Part shown: positions 19,785 to 32,360 of the stretch, piece by piece
How the letters are laid out: the number at the start of each line of letters is the position of its first letter
Position numbering within the stretch: position 1 is the stretch's first letter
Notes under the pieces: model-generated
What the model was told of the DNA's origin: nothing
The model's input: only the letters and a program-made list of their open reading frames with translations
The model's database searches: none
Position numbers and translations under genes: made by a program
NCBI GenBank assembly: GCA_040218735.1
Contig: JAVJQW010000019.1
Location: 192,001 to 256,000 of the forward strand
DNA length: 64,000 nt
Direction: 5' to 3'
Source: Deltaproteobacteria bacterium
GTDB lineage: Bacteria; Myxococcota; Kuafuiibacteriia; Kuafuiibacteriales; Kuafuiibacteriaceae

Positions 19785-19792
19785 GTATCGGC
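19785..19792 (-). promoter_or_regulatory. Sigma-28-like -10 element
   Basis: GCCGATAC, 7 nt before the GTG start; -35 match is weak. Confidence 0.4.
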
Positions 19793-19838
19793 GTCGGCGG
19801 CGCGATCGTCCGTGACAGCGTTTGACCGAAGCTGAGCG

Positions 19839-20177
19839 TCAGCGCGCGGCGCGGAGCGCGACCATCGACTGGCCGCCGTTCAGGAGCTCACGCAGACGCG
19901 CGAACACCTTGGCGTCACCGCCCCAGCGAAAGAGCGTGCCGGGGTTCGAAGCGTCGAACGCACCCGTCCCGATCGCTTCCAGCGTCGCGGTGTTGCAGAG
20001 GATCGAGAGATCACAGCCCGCGCGGTAGCGGCGCTCGATGACCTCGGACTTGCGGGTGTCGACCGTGAAGCCCGCCCCATCGACGACGGCGAACGCGATC
20101 GAGAAGTGGTCGCGCACGAGGCCGCGCCGCGGGGCGAGCGCGGAGCGGAGCGCGACGACGAACGCCTCGACGCTCAA
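19839..20177 (-). CDS. SCP2-like lipid/sterol-carrier fold small protein (112 aa)
   Basis: TTG start overlapping the upstream TGA, GAGGTG RBS; pattern FTVD...CDLSILCNTATLEAIGTG...FRWGGDAKVFARL resembles SCP2. Confidence 0.65.
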   Translation of the reverse strand: MSVEAFVVALRSALAPRRGLVRDHFSIAFAVVDGAGFTVDTRKSEVIERRYRAGCDLSILCNTATLEAIGTGAFDASNPGTLFRWGGDAKVFARLRELLNGGQSMVALRAAR

Positions 20178-21697
20178 TCGCGCACCTCGATCTTCGCGAG
20201 CGGCGCGAGCGCTTCGGCGAGCTTGGCGCGTGCGTCGACCGCGGCGGTGAGTTTGTCGGTGAGCGTGGTGCGAACGTCGTCGAGGAGCGACCCCATCGTG
20301 GTGCCACCGCGTTCGATCTCGTCGCGCGCGCGGAGGTACCCGAGGCCACCGTCCTCGCTCGGGGACGCAGCGGCGAGGATGTTCGCGAGGTTGCGGAGCG
20401 ATTGCGGGCTCAGCGACGCGAAGGGGATCGGGCGCTCGTCGTTGGGGCGCTTCAGCCCCTCGGCCGAAACCTCGTGCTGCCCCCACCGGGTCTCGAAGAC
20501 GTACGACGCGACGGGCCCGTCGGCGGGGTGCGCCTGGATCGCCGAGATCGCGCGCGGCGCAAGCTCATCGTCGGCACCAAACGAGAGCCCGTAGGGATCT
20601 TCGTCCCGCAGCTCGTCGAGCTGACGACCGAGGCTCGCCTCCACGAGGTGGAGCGCGTAGTGCTCGACGAGTCGGTTCACCAGCGCCGGCGCCGACCCGG
20701 CCGCGAGGAAGTGGTCGCGCAGCTCGGGCTGATCGAGACCCTCCTCGATCGCGCGGAGCATCATCAACGCGGCGACGACCGTACCCGGCGCGCCGACCTG
20801 CTCGAACACGACACGATCGAGCTTCCCTTCGGGGCCGAGCGCGGCGAGCGCGGCCGACAGCGTCGAGGCGTTCTGCTCGACGAGCTCCGGATGGTCTCCC
20901 AGCCGCGCCAACACATCGCGCACGTCGTAGGGCGCGTCGTGCGGCTCGGCCGGCGACTCGAGGTCGCTCATCTGCTGAAGCGCGAGGCCGAGCGCGTCGA
21001 TGTCGGCCGGGTTCATCTCGCCGGGCGGACGCGCGACGTCGAGCCGACCAGGCTCGTCGAGGATGACGCGGCCGGCTTCGACGCGCGCCTGCTTCGCTTC
21101 GAGGATCGACGAGAGCGCGGCGTGGGCGTCGGAGAGGATCGTGCCGATGGCCTGGTCGGTGATCCCGCGGAGGCGCGTCGTGAGCGGGTCGTCGCCGTGG
21201 CGCATCGCGTTATCGATCGCGTGGAGCGTCGCTTCGAGCGCCTCGGGGTTCCAGCCCTGCGCCTCGCTGACGTCGAGCGCGCCGTCGTCATCGCGACGGA
21301 TGGCGATGCCCGAGCGCTGCTCGAGCGAGAACCCGTCCGCCGTGACGTCGAAGACGGCCGGGCCACCGTAGAACGGGTTTTGGCCGAAGTCGGCTTCGCG
21401 CAGCACGGCGCGAATGTCGTCGGTCTCCTCGAAGAGCCCCCGCAGAAACGCGCCGATGTTCTGCGACATCCGGGCTTGCGCCGCGTGGGAGGGGCGCGCG
21501 TCGAGGAGCATCAAGGTCGCGAGCATGGCGCGCTCGCCGTCGCTCAGATCGGCCGCGTTGAGCGCGCGAAGGCTGACGTCGGGCTCACGGACCGCCGCCT
21601 GGAGGTAGGTGAGGTCGTCGGCCGAGAGCCTGGAGACGCCGACGTTCTCGAGCAGCGCTTCGCGGAGCGCCTGGTCGGTGTGGAACGGGATCGCCAT
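20174..21697 (-). CDS. Hypothetical protein, paralog of 18353..19777
   Basis: 507-aa ORF; shares RAMLATL, LD.PG.LD..RP.GEM..ADIDA and GGLGYLRAR..IERGG blocks with its paralog. Confidence 0.8.
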   Translation of the reverse strand: MAIPFHTDQALREALLENVGVSRLSADDLTYLQAAVREPDVSLRALNAADLSDGERAMLATLMLLDARPSHAAQARMSQNIGAFLRGLFEETDDIRAVLREADFGQNPFYGGPAVFDVTADGFSLEQRSGIAIRRDDDGALDVSEAQGWNPEALEATLHAIDNAMRHGDDPLTTRLRGITDQAIGTILSDAHAALSSILEAKQARVEAGRVILDEPGRLDVARPPGEMNPADIDALGLALQQMSDLESPAEPHDAPYDVRDVLARLGDHPELVEQNASTLSAALAALGPEGKLDRVVFEQVGAPGTVVAALMMLRAIEEGLDQPELRDHFLAAGSAPALVNRLVEHYALHLVEASLGRQLDELRDEDPYGLSFGADDELAPRAISAIQAHPADGPVASYVFETRWGQHEVSAEGLKRPNDERPIPFASLSPQSLRNLANILAAASPSEDGGLGYLRARDEIERGGTTMGSLLDDVRTTLTDKLTAAVDARAKLAEALAPLAKIEVRD

Positions 21698-21711
21698 GGG
21701 GACCGGCGTCG

Positions 21712-21740
21712 TTATCGGCGACCCCGCGCACCGCGTTGCG
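21712..21740 (-). promoter_or_regulatory. Sigma-28-like promoter
   Basis: CGCAAC-N15-GCCGATAA; -10 is identical to the FliA consensus; same motif recurs at 49910-49938. Confidence 0.6.
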
Positions 21741-21782
21741 CGCTTTCCCCGATCTCCCCTGAGCGTCCCCGAGACTTTCGGC

Positions 21783-22736
21783 TCAGCTCCAGTCGAGCAT
21801 CCGCTGCAGCGGCTCGAGCGCCTTCACCCGCAGCGCTTCGTCCATCTCCAGGGACGGGCTTTGCAGGCGCATGCACAGGTACAGCTTCTCCAGCGTGTTG
21901 AGCTTCATGTGCGGGCACTCGTTGCAGGCGCACGAGGAGTCGGGCGGCGCCGGGATGAACGTCTTGCCCTGCCCCTCCGTGAGCTTCTCCATCTGGTGGA
22001 TGATGCCGGGCTCCGTCGCGATGATGAGCTCCTTCACCTCGGTGTCGACGACGAAGTTCAGGATGGAGCGCGTCGACCCGATGTGGTCGGCGTGATTCAG
22101 CACCGACGCCTCACACTCGGGGTGCGCGACGACGAGCGCGTCCGGGTGGCGCACCTTCAGCTGGAGCAGCTTCTTCTCGGAGAAGATCTCGTGCACCTGA
22201 CACGACCCGGGCCACAGCAACATGTCCCGCCCGGTCTCGCGGATGAGGTAGCGACCGAGGTGCTGGTCCGGCGCGAAGAGGATCGGTTTGTCGGCGGGGA
22301 TGCGGTCGACGATCTTCTTCGCGTTCGACGACGTGACGATGACGTCCGACAGCGCCTTCACCCGCGCCGAACAGTTCACGTACGTGACGACGTAGTGATC
22401 CGGGTGCTGCTTGCAGAACGCCTCGAAGGCGTCGGGCGGGCAGCCGTCCGCGAGTGAGCAGCCGGCCTTCATGTCCGGGAGCAACACGAGCTTGCTCGGG
22501 TTCAGGATCTTCGCGGTCTCCGCCATGAAGTGGACGCCGCAGAAGACGATCGTGTCGGCCTTCGTCTTCGCCGCCTCCTGCGCGAGCTGCAACGAGTCGC
22601 CGATGAAGTCCGCGACGTCCTGGAGGTCCGGGTCCTGGTAGTAGTGCGCCAGGATGACGGCGTTGAGCTCCTTCTTCAGGTTGTCGATCTCGTCGAAGAG
22701 ATCACGGGTGGGGTCGATCGTCGCTGCGCTCACCAT
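21783..22736 (-). CDS. nadA: Quinolinate synthase
   Basis: [44 protein letters not shown]. Confidence 0.97.
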   Translation of the reverse strand: MVSAATIDPTRDLFDEIDNLKKELNAVILAHYYQDPDLQDVADFIGDSLQLAQEAAKTKADTIVFCGVHFMAETAKILNPSKLVLLPDMKAGCSLADGCPPDAFEAFCKQHPDHYVVTYVNCSARVKALSDVIVTSSNAKKIVDRIPADKPILFAPDQHLGRYLIRETGRDMLLWPGSCQVHEIFSEKKLLQLKVRHPDALVVAHPECEASVLNHADHIGSTRSILNFVVDTEVKELIIATEPGIIHQMEKLTEGQGKTFIPAPPDSSCACNECPHMKLNTLEKLYLCMRLQSPSLEMDEALRVKALEPLQRMLDWS

Positions 22737-22738
22737 GG

Positions 22739-25612
<2,874 letters not shown>

Positions 25613-25689
25613 CCGGGCTGTTGATCTAGTGACTCGCCGGAGGCTCGGCAAGCGTTTACTGGAAGAATGATCAGGTCTTTGGGTGCGGG

Positions 25690-26115
25690 TCAGGTGGAGC
25701 CTTCGCCGGACTGGAGGGCGCGGATCTCGGGCTTCGAGTAGAGGCGGCCGCCGGGCGCGTCGAGCCCCGGGCAGTAGCGCTTCGTGTCCTCCCACGCGCG
25801 GTGGTCGTCGAGCAGCTCGTCCCAGAACGGAAAGGTTCGGCACTGCGACGGCTTCACGTCGTGGACGGAGCAGCCGAGGTCGGGGGTGAGGAGGGGGCAG
25901 CCGTTGCCGTCGGTGGCGTCGATCTCGAACTGCCCGCTGTTCGGATCCCACTCGAGGCCGAAGTCGGTCTTGAAGCGGCCGACGGTCATCCCGAGGTGCT
26001 CCGCGATGCGCTCGACCTCGACGAAGGTCATGAAGATGTAGCCGGGCTCGAGGCAGCAGTTGCCGCACTGCGTGCAGCCGAAGCGACGGCCATTGAGGAT
26101 CGGGAGGGGCGGCAC
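25690..26115 (-). CDS. YkgJ-family cysteine cluster protein
   Basis: [32 protein letters not shown]. Confidence 0.9.
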   Translation of the reverse strand: MPPLPILNGRRFGCTQCGNCCLEPGYIFMTFVEVERIAEHLGMTVGRFKTDFGLEWDPNSGQFEIDATDGNGCPLLTPDLGCSVHDVKPSQCRTFPFWDELLDDHRAWEDTKRYCPGLDAPGGRLYSKPEIRALQSGEGST

Positions 26116-26198
26116 GGCGCGATGATGATCCGGCGGACGCGGGATGGCCAGCCCGGAGGTCCGCCGGACGAACGCCGGACGAAGCGCGGGGCGATGAG

Positions 26199-27095
26199 GT
26201 GGTGCGCGGCGACACCGCGCTTGCGTTCGGGGACGCGCAAGAAGCGAACGATGTTGTGCTCACCGGACTCGTCTTCGCCTGCGGAGGCGAACCGCGATCC
26301 GCTCCGATGGCGCCGGCGCTGGAGACGTGGGCGAAGGCGTCCGCTGCGAGGCCGGGGAGTGCGCGCCGCGGTGGCTCGTCGACGTGCGGGTCTGGCCGCA
26401 CGCGTTCGTCGTCGGGTCCTTCGTCGACTACTCGGAGGACGGGGGGAACGTGGACCGCGTGCCGGTGGAGGGCGGGTGGCCCTCGCCGGGCCTGGACGAG
26501 GTCAACGACTTCACCGCCCGAGGACGCTGGCTGTAGTCGGCGGTCTGGGAGGACCGGACGTCGTACCTGAACCAGACGGACGGGGCGACGCAGGAGGTCT
26601 TCCTGATCGACATGGCGTGCCTGGAGGTCGAGGCGACCGACGACGCCGTCTACTGCCTCTATCGCCTCTGGCTGACCCGTTTGCCGAGAGACGGGAGCCC
26701 GCCCACGGATCTGGAGCCCGTGGACGGCCTGAACCTGCACGCGTCGGAGTCGTTTGTGTGCTTGCGGTGGCCAGACGACGAGGCGCGGTGCCGGGGACAT
26801 CAGGGAGTCCGCCGGTGCGCATCGGCGGCTTGGACGTGATCGTCGTGATCGCGGGGGACGCGCTGTATTTCCTCGACGTGTCGGGCCGCCTCCGGCGCGC
26901 CGCGGTCCCGAGCGGTGAGGTGACGCTGGTCTACGACGGCGACGGCGAGCTGGGGATGAACGTCGACTCGATGCACTCCTCGACGTGTCGGGCCGCCTCC
27001 GGCGTGCTGCGGTCCCGAGCGGTGAGGTGACGCTGGTCTACGACGGCGACGGCGAGCTGGGGATGAACGTCGACTCGACGCACCTGTACTTCTAA
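26199..27095 (+). pseudogene. Degraded lipoprotein/beta-propeller-like gene remnant
   Basis: Protein-like fragments in shifting frames ([11 protein letters not shown]; [16 protein letters not shown]; [11 protein letters not shown]; [28 protein letters not shown]) broken by stops and frameshifts. Confidence 0.55.
26870..27083 (+). repeat. 107-bp tandem duplication
   Basis: 26870-26976 and 26977-27083 are identical except for three C/T differences. Confidence 0.95.
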
Positions 27096-27268
27096 GAATG
27101 GAGCGGCGGTGAGCTGCGGGTGCAGCGGCTGGACTGGCGAGCGGGGCGATCGAGGCCTTCGCGACGGCACGGTCGGGGGACATCGTGGGCGGGACCCGCT
27201 GCAGATCCTCACGAAGTAGACGCGGTCATCGAGTGACGGCGGATCCCCATCGCGCTACGGGTCGGAGC

Positions 27269-27919
27269 GTGGACCGGCAGGCGCGACACGAGACGCTGTT
27301 GGAGCTGGAGCGCGAGGCGTGGTCGCGGCAAGTCGTGGTGGCCGGGCTCGACGAGGCCGGCGCGGGTCCGATCGCCGGCCCGATCGTCGCGGGGTGCGCG
27401 GTGATCGACGAGGCGGGAGCGGCCGAGCTCGTGGGGGTGGACGACAGCAAGTCGCTCTCCGCGAAGGCGCGGGCGGCGCACGCCGAGCGGATCCGCCAGC
27501 ACGCGGTGGCGTGGGCGGTGGCGGAGGCTTCGGTGCAGGAGATCGATCGCTACAACGTGCTGCGCGCCGGGCTGATGGCGATGCGGCGCGCGCTCGAGTC
27601 GGTGCAGGCGCAGGTTGAGGTTCAGGAGCTCTTCCTCGACGCGCGTGAGATCCCCGAAGTTCGGATGCCGCAACACAACCTCGTGAAGGGCGACGCGCGT
27701 TCGCTGTCGATTGCGGCGGCGTCGATCCTGGCGAAGGAGGCGCGCGACGCGATCATGGTCGGGGCGGGGGCGGAGCTTCCGGCGTACGGGTTCGAACGGC
27801 ATAAAGGGTATGGGACGGCCGAGCACCTCGCGGCGCTGCGGGCGCACGGGGCGACGGCTTGGCACCGTCGGTCGTTCGAGCCGCTGCGGACGATGTTGTC
27901 GCAGCTGTCGCTGTTCTGA
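27269..27919 (+). CDS. rnhB: Ribonuclease HII (start uncertain)
   Basis: AGLDEAGAGPIAGP, DDSK, KGDARSLSIAAASILAK, HKGYGT, HRRSF. Confidence 0.93.
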   Translation: MDRQARHETLLELEREAWSRQVVVAGLDEAGAGPIAGPIVAGCAVIDEAGAAELVGVDDSKSLSAKARAAHAERIRQHAVAWAVAEASVQEIDRYNVLRAGLMAMRRALESVQAQVEVQELFLDAREIPEVRMPQHNLVKGDARSLSIAAASILAKEARDAIMVGAGAELPAYGFERHKGYGTAEHLAALRAHGATAWHRRSFEPLRTMLSQLSLF

Positions 27920-27964
27920 GTGGCGCGCGCACCCCAGGTGCCTTGACCGGCGCGCTTGGGTACG

Positions 27965-29452
27965 ATGGCGGCCGCCAGCCATGCGCGCCGAAACGAGGAA
28001 GAGCCGGTGGTGATGCCAGCGGCCGCGAGCGAGGGGCGCATCGGGCGCTACAAGCTCATCAAACGCCTCGCCGTCGGCGGGATGGCGGACATCTTCCTCG
28101 CGCAAGTCTTCGGCAAGCGGGGGTACGAGCGGACGGTCGTCGTGAAGACGATCCGGAGCGACCTCGTCGACGAGGAAGAGCTGATCGAGATGCTGATTCA
28201 GGAGGCGCGGATCGCTTCCTGCCTGCGGCACGACAGCATCGTCGAGATGATCGAGGTCGGCGAAGAGGCCGGCACGCACTTCCTCGCGATGGAGTTTGTG
28301 TTCGGTCGCGACCTCGGACAGATCCGCGATCGGTGCGCGGAGCTCGGGGTGCGGATCCCGCCGAAGCACCTGGTGACGATCGTCGCGGACGTGTTGGACG
28401 CGCTCCACCACGCCCACCACGAAGCCACGTTCGAGGGGCGACCGCTCGAGGTCATTCACCGCGACGTGTCGCCGCAGAACGTGCTCGTCGGTTTCGACGG
28501 GGGGGTGAAGCTCCTCGACTTCGGGCTCGCGAAGGCGGCGGCGCAGATCTCGCGCACGCGCGCGGGCGTGCTCAAAGGCAAGTACGCGTACATGTCGCCG
28601 GAGCAGGTGAACTTCAAGAACGTCGACCAGCGCGCGGACATCTTCAGCGCGGGCGTGGTGCTGTGGGAGATGCTGACGCAGCGGCGGTTGTTCTTTCGGT
28701 CGAGTGACTACGACACCGTGAAGGCGGTGATGGCGTGTCAGGTGCCGTTCCCGCGGGCGGTGCGACCGGACTTGCCGTGGGGGCTGTCGTGGGTCGCGTT
28801 CCGCGCGCTGCGGAAGGCGCCGCGGTGGCGTTACCGCGACGCGCGGAAGATGCGGGATGCGTTGTTGAAGTCGGACGCGCGAGACCGGGCGACGGCGCGG
28901 GACGAGCTGGCGGAGTGGATGGCGACGCTGTTCGAACGTCAGCTCGCGTCGCGGGACTTGGCGTTGACGCGTGCGCGGCACGATCCGGCGCGACACCGGC
29001 AGATTCTGGAGGCGGGGTTCGAGCTGCTCGAGGAGACGACGGATCCCGACTTGCGGATCAAACCGGCACCGCCACCGCCGGCGTCACCGAGCCGAGGTTC
29101 GGTCGCGGCGACCGGGGCGCTGGGGTTGGCGTCGGCGGTGCTCGGGACGTGGCGTTGGTTTGCGTTGGTGATGGCGGCGTTGGTGTTCTTGAGCGTGGCG
29201 GCGGGGATCTACATCGGGTCGGCGCAAGTCGCCGCGGACAACTACGGCTACCTGCACGTGTTTGCGGACTCCGAGGACGTGCAGATCGTGGTGGGCGGGA
29301 CGGAGGTCGGCGCGGCGCCGGTGCAGGAGATCGCGGTGTACCCGGGTCGGCATCGGATCGTCGGTAAGCGGGCGGACGAGCAGCGGACGATCGAGGTCGA
29401 GGTGCGGCCGGGGGAGAACAAGGTCGTGAAGCTGGAGTTCGAGGGGCCGTGA
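27965..29452 (+). CDS. Membrane Ser/Thr protein kinase with C-terminal PEGA-like domain
   Basis: GGMAD, VVK, HRDVSPQN, DFGLAK, YMSPEQ; one TM helix; VYPGRHRI. Confidence 0.92.
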   Translation: MAAASHARRNEEEPVVMPAAASEGRIGRYKLIKRLAVGGMADIFLAQVFGKRGYERTVVVKTIRSDLVDEEELIEMLIQEARIASCLRHDSIVEMIEVGEEAGTHFLAMEFVFGRDLGQIRDRCAELGVRIPPKHLVTIVADVLDALHHAHHEATFEGRPLEVIHRDVSPQNVLVGFDGGVKLLDFGLAKAAAQISRTRAGVLKGKYAYMSPEQVNFKNVDQRADIFSAGVVLWEMLTQRRLFFRSSDYDTVKAVMACQVPFPRAVRPDLPWGLSWVAFRALRKAPRWRYRDARKMRDALLKSDARDRATARDELAEWMATLFERQLASRDLALTRARHDPARHRQILEAGFELLEETTDPDLRIKPAPPPPASPSRGSVAATGALGLASAVLGTWRWFALVMAALVFLSVAAGIYIGSAQVAADNYGYLHVFADSEDVQIVVGGTEVGAAPVQEIAVYPGRHRIVGKRADEQRTIEVEVRPGENKVVKLEFEGP

Positions 29453-29493
29453 TCGTTGCTCCGCGCGAGCGATTCGGTTAGGCGGATCGCTCC

Positions 29494-29937
29494 ATGGCCA
29501 GCGCGCGGGAGTTGTTGCTCGAGCAGACGACGGACCGATTTGCGGAGATCATCTTCGCTTCGCCGAAGAAGTTCCGGGAGGAAGTGTTCCGTCGGGCGGG
29601 GGTGAAGGCGAAGAAGGGCGGCGCGTTTGCGCTCAGCAACGCGAAGAAGAACGCGGTGCGGGTGGAGAAGCTGCTCGGGTCGATGCAGGAAGGGGCGGAC
29701 GTTCCGGAGGAGATCCTCGCGGAGTTGATTCGCAACTACCTGTACACGAAGCGCGGGTTGCTGGCGGAGGCGCTGGACTTCTTCGAGGTCGAGCACGACG
29801 ACGGGCTGACGGATGCGGACCTCGACTTCCTCGAGGAGCTTCCGGCGGAGCGCGTGACGCAGCTTCGGGACATCCTCGAGAAGACGCACGACAAGGACGA
29901 TGTCGATCTCTACCTGCGGTTCATGAACGTGGGTTGA
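29494..29937 (+). CDS. Hypothetical protein
   Basis: 147-aa ORF with plausible composition, 2 bp upstream of tlyA. Confidence 0.75.
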   Translation: MASARELLLEQTTDRFAEIIFASPKKFREEVFRRAGVKAKKGGAFALSNAKKNAVRVEKLLGSMQEGADVPEEILAELIRNYLYTKRGLLAEALDFFEVEHDDGLTDADLDFLEELPAERVTQLRDILEKTHDKDDVDLYLRFMNVG

Positions 29938-29939
29938 GG

Positions 29940-30737
29940 ATGGCGCGGTCGCCGAAGCGCCGCCTCGATGACGAGCTCGTAATCCGGGGGCTCGCGGAAG
30001 ATCTCAGAGTAGCGCGGGGGCTGATCATGGCCGGGAAGGTCGTGGTCGACGATGCGGTCTGTTCGAAGGCGGGGACGTCGGTGGCGGCGTCTGCCCGCGT
30101 GCACGTTCGTGGGCGGGCGATGAAGTTCGTGAGCCGGGGCGGGTACAAGCTGGAGGCGGCGCTAGAGCGGTTCGGGGTCGAGGTGGACGGACGCGTGGCG
30201 CTAGACGCGGGGGCTTCGACGGGAGGCTTCACGGACTGCTTGCTGCAGCGCGGCGCAGCGCGGGTCTACGCGGTGGACGTTGGGTTCGGTCAGCTACGTG
30301 GACGGCTGTCGACGGACCCGCGGGTGGTGAACCTGGAGCGAACGAACATCTCCGACGTGCGGACGGAGACGTTGTCGCCCGGGATCGATCTTGCGGTGGC
30401 GGACCTGTCGAACCTGTCGCTGCGTAAGGCGATTCCGATTCTGTGCGCGTTGTTCACAGATGCTCGCGTGGAGTTGGTGGTGTTGGTGAAGCCGCTTTTC
30501 GAGGGGCTGGAGCGGTCGGGGATGGAGTCGGCGTCGGCGTTGCTTACGACGGTGGAAGCGCTGATGGCGGATGTCGTCGCGGCAGGGCTCGGGGTTTCGG
30601 GTTTGATGGCCTCGCCGATTCGGGGAGGGCGTGCGTCGGTGGAGTTCTTGGCTTGGCTTCGTGCGGACGGGAATCGCGAGGTCGAAGAGGCGTGTCGGGC
30701 GGCGGTCGCCGAGATCCCTTCGGATTCTACTGAGTAG
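29940..30737 (+). CDS. tlyA: TlyA-family rRNA methyltransferase
   Basis: S4-like RLDDELV, VSRGGYKL, DAGASTGGFTDCLLQRGA, VDVGFGQL. Confidence 0.92.
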   Translation: MARSPKRRLDDELVIRGLAEDLRVARGLIMAGKVVVDDAVCSKAGTSVAASARVHVRGRAMKFVSRGGYKLEAALERFGVEVDGRVALDAGASTGGFTDCLLQRGAARVYAVDVGFGQLRGRLSTDPRVVNLERTNISDVRTETLSPGIDLAVADLSNLSLRKAIPILCALFTDARVELVVLVKPLFEGLERSGMESASALLTTVEALMADVVAAGLGVSGLMASPIRGGRASVEFLAWLRADGNREVEEACRAAVAEIPSDSTE

Positions 30738-30818
30738 AATGTTCGGATTTTTGCTCCGGACGGGGGCGGGTGGTAGCGGTAAGGATGAGGACCGCTGTTC
30801 GGTCGTCGGGAGTCTGGG

Positions 30819-31163
30819 ATGGGTCGACCGAGGAAGAATCGAGTCGGTGAGTACGCCGCGGCGCTGGGTGAGGAGCTCAGCTATCACATGCAGCTCGAGG
30901 TGACGAAGGCGGTCGAGGCATCGCAGAAGGTGTACCTCGAGGAGATCGCGGCGCTTCGACAGGAGATCCGGGCGCTATCCCAGCGGGTCGAGTCGCTCGG
31001 GAAGAAGGCGAAGGGTTCGCGGTCGCGGGTAGGGCGTTGGGTGCCGGGTGGGCCGGGGCGTCCTCCGAAGGACGCCGAAGACCGTATCGCGGCGTTCGAG
31101 GCGCGAAGCTCTCGGACGAAGAGTCAGCCGACCACCAAGAAGAAGAAGAAGTCGAAGTCCTGA
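30819..31163 (+). CDS. Small basic coiled-coil protein with two AT-hook-like motifs
   Basis: MGRPRK at the N-terminus, central heptad coiled coil, PGRPPK, Lys-rich tail. Confidence 0.7.
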   Translation: MGRPRKNRVGEYAAALGEELSYHMQLEVTKAVEASQKVYLEEIAALRQEIRALSQRVESLGKKAKGSRSRVGRWVPGGPGRPPKDAEDRIAAFEARSSRTKSQPTTKKKKKSKS

Positions 31164-31165
31164 CC

Positions 31166-32236
31166 GTGAACCATCCGCTTTGGACGCTGCGGGACGATGA
31201 AGTAGGCGCCTACTACGAGGAGCGGGTTCTGGCTTGGCTCGGGTGGGATTTGGAGTCGGCGCCGGTGAACGAGCTGGCTTCGGCGTATCGGCAACTCTCG
31301 GAACAACTGAACCGGAGCGCCGGCGCAGCGCCGAGCGGGGAGTTTGCGGGTAAGGCGGACCTGGCGGTCCGGGCGCTAGTTTACGGTTGGCGCTCGGTGT
31401 TCGTAGCGCGGCGGCTGCTTCGCGGGGGCTCGGGGGTGCTCGTGGAGCTGGGGTCCGGGCTGGGTCCGTTTGGTCTGGTCGCAGGCGCGGCGGGGCGCCC
31501 GGTTCGGCTGGTGGACGCGGCGTCGAAGATTCTCGAAGAGGCGCCCGACTTCTTCGCTGCGTTCGACGTGGAGGCTCCGACGTTGGTGCGGGGCGATATG
31601 TCGAAGCATCTGGATGAGGGCGGCGAGGCGGTGCTGCCCTATTCGGCGCTGGAATGGGCGGGGTCTTCAGGGGCGCGACGGGATCGTTTGGTGCGGGCGT
31701 TGCGAAGTGGTCGCCTGTTGATCGTGGAACGAGGGACCAAAGAGGGGGGCGCGTTCGTTCAAGGCCTTCGGGATGGTGTTCAGGGTCGGGTCGGGGGTCC
31801 GTGCCCGGAGCGGAGCACTTGTGCGTTGGCGGAGCGCCCTAAGGATTGGTGCCATTTCACATGGTCTGTGCGCCCCGGGCCGCTCACGCAGCGGATCTCG
31901 GATAAGGCCGGGCGGCGTTGGAACGCGCTTCATGTGAGTTGGGTTCGATCGGGATCGCCAGGGCCGGATGGTGTGGTGCTGTGGAAGCGACCGGAGGGGA
32001 AACGGAAGCTGGTCGTGGGGGTCTGTACGTGGGGCGGCCTGGAGCGTTGGGTATCCGAACGCCGAGATCGAGAGGCGACGGAGGCGCTAGAGGAACTCGA
32101 GTCGGGCGACAGGGTTCGGCGGGAAGGGGGAGAGATGCGAGGGGACGGCGTTCGCGTGCGTTCGCACGGTGAGGTCCGTCGGGTGGCGGCGATCGGTGAT
32201 GTAGGTGTCGGGACGAGGGCTGTGGATGACCTGTGA
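31166..32236 (+). CDS. Rsm22/METTL17-like SAM-dependent methyltransferase
   Basis: VELGSGLG SAM motif, LIVERGT, GPCP...C......DWCHF, VCTWGG. Confidence 0.75.
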   Translation: MNHPLWTLRDDEVGAYYEERVLAWLGWDLESAPVNELASAYRQLSEQLNRSAGAAPSGEFAGKADLAVRALVYGWRSVFVARRLLRGGSGVLVELGSGLGPFGLVAGAAGRPVRLVDAASKILEEAPDFFAAFDVEAPTLVRGDMSKHLDEGGEAVLPYSALEWAGSSGARRDRLVRALRSGRLLIVERGTKEGGAFVQGLRDGVQGRVGGPCPERSTCALAERPKDWCHFTWSVRPGPLTQRISDKAGRRWNALHVSWVRSGSPGPDGVVLWKRPEGKRKLVVGVCTWGGLERWVSERRDREATEALEELESGDRVRREGGEMRGDGVRVRSHGEVRRVAAIGDVGVGTRAVDDL

Positions 32237-32344
32237 AGACTCGCGAGTTGGAATTGGGGCGGGCAGCGTGGACGTATACGGATATTGGGGACTTGGTGAT
32301 TCTCAGCTGGTCTTTGGGACAATTCACAGGTGCTGGCATCGGAG

Positions 32345-32360
32345 CGTTGCACGTGGAACG
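32345..32360. promoter_or_regulatory. Degenerate parS site
   Basis: CGTTGCACGTGGAACG, near-palindrome resembling TGTTNCACGTGAAACA. Confidence 0.6.
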
